Origin: Batkoa obscura
Taxonomy: Eukaryota
Assembly: GCA_030770535.1 (NCBI GenBank)
Contig: JASVEC010000021.1
Span: forward strand, 62,001-126,000
Reading direction: 5' to 3'
DNA length: 64,000 nucleotides
Shown here: positions 62,554 through 64,000 of the stretch, piece by piece
Position numbering within the stretch: position 1 is the first letter of the stretch
Layout of the letters: each line of letters starts with the position of its first letter
Made by a program: the position numbers and the translations under genes
Notes under the pieces: generated by a model
Seen by the model: the letters and a program-made list of their open reading frames with translations, nothing else
What the model was told of the DNA's origin: nothing
Databases searched by the model: none

Positions 62554-64000
62554 ATGTTTGAATCCAAACTGATTATTGAGTTGTTAAGCGAATTAAGTGG
62601 AGTGAGAGTAGATATTAAAAATCCCCATAATTTTCATTCACCATTAAATATCATATTATATGTAATAATAAGGTTTATAAAGTTGATAGTACCAATTTCA
62701 ATAATAACAATACTTTACAATATCTATTATGGAATCAACACTAACTTATCACTAATTCTACTCATTTTAAGTGTTAATGAAGTGGCTTTTTTTATTTACT
62801 TTAAATATTTAAATAAAAAAATGGTACTGAAAAGAAAAGAATTTAAGTTTGATCTAAACGAAACGGACAAACAGAAGATAGTTTCATTACTATTTGATGG
62901 AAATTATTTTGATTTAAGCTTGATAAATAAATATTTTTATCCATACTCAAATGAAGAACTTACGTTTAATCAGGTAAAGCAATGGCTAGCATGGTATTTA
63001 CATGTACGCGATTTGAATAGTTTATCAAATGAAATGGATATGGAATTGAACGAATATGTTGAGTTAATACAAACGAAACTTGATATAAAATTAAGTAAAG
63101 AGGAAGACAAATTACAGCGTGCTCCTGTGTTTCTGGCTTTGACTGAATTTAGCTCAAAGTATAAGCCCATTTTATTTTATTTGGTAAGTTACTTGTACAA
63201 AGTATTATCAACTATTTATTAATTTTTAACTTAGACAATTATGTTATTTCACACTTCAATGTGTATAATATTAATGCTCTCTGGTTTCCAAAGAAATTCA
63301 ATAAAAAATTCCCCGATAACTTATTGGATATATGAGCCACATGAAAATCTTTCTGATAATAACAGTAGTAATGACGAACCACCAATATTATTTATACATG
63401 GAGTAGGTACAGGTGTATCATTATACATGCGCCAAATTTTAAAATTAAGAACTGACTTTCATACTCGTAAAATTGTTTTATTAGAACTTCAAGCAGTGAC
63501 TTTAATCCCTACTTTACAAATACCAACTGTTGAAGATATAATGTATGCGCTAGATAGTGCATTTCAACTTCACGAAATTGAAAAATGCTCAATAATGGCT
63601 CATTCTTATGGTACAATTGCAACTAGTTTTATATTAAAACATCGTCCATACTATATTCAAAAAATGTGTCTAGTTGATCCAGCTTGCTTCACTAATTGGG
63701 AACCTACTTTTGCGGTCAATTTTATGTTTAATCAATTAGATTTTTTTATGAATAGGGTTACTCAACACTTGATGGCAGAGGATTTGTTTGTTGGTAACAC
63801 TATAGGCAGATATGCTATCTTAAATCAAGGAATTGCTTTTAACCAAGATTTAAATGTACCCACCTATGTTTATTTATCTAAATACGATTTTTTACTCAAC
63901 TCTAATTATATTATAAGTCATTTAACAGAATTGAGAGTAAAACTCAACAATTCGAATATCAATTATTATATGTTGGACTTAACTCATGGCGCTTATCTCT
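62554..64000 (+). CDS. Membrane-anchored alpha/beta-hydrolase, copy 5 (more distant; runs off window end)
   Basis: Exons 62554-63183 and 63235->64000. Motifs FIHGVGTG, AHSYG, LVDPACF, SKYDF, THG. Same phase-0 intron position as copies 1-4. Confidence 0.87.

Overview
This is very AT-rich eukaryotic DNA with short (~45-90 nt) GT-AG introns and a fungal gene set. It most resembles an early-diverging fungus (Zoopagomycota/Entomophthoromycotina-like; inference only). Housekeeping genes: ETF-ubiquinone oxidoreductase (partial), a receiver-domain cAMP phosphodiesterase, EXO84, a group I G-protein alpha, BORCS5, TRAPPC12, dymeclin, a Nup50/Nup2-like protein, an AVT-type amino acid transporter, a PDK/BCKDK kinase, tRNA-Leu(TAA) and a probable Lines homologue. 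Four things stand out. (1) An intact, intronless 840-aa eEF2 paralogue has lost its catalytic GTPase residues (DSPGH to ELPGY, scrambled switch I) and many basic ribosome-contact residues, but keeps the fold and the diphthamide His. It is a candidate pseudo-GTPase or decoy eEF2. (2) A ~22 kb mirror-symmetric array of four divergent gene pairs (CsbD/Hmp1-like plus membrane alpha/beta-hydrolase) surrounds EXO84 and shows patchwork gene conversion. (3) About 24 copies of a ~105 bp MITE (ATATGGGG...CCCCATAT) occur, including an empty/filled site pair. (4) There are two tiny secreted-peptide genes, one resembling a prepro-cytolytic/antimicrobial peptide. All family assignments come from motif recognition by eye; no database search was run.
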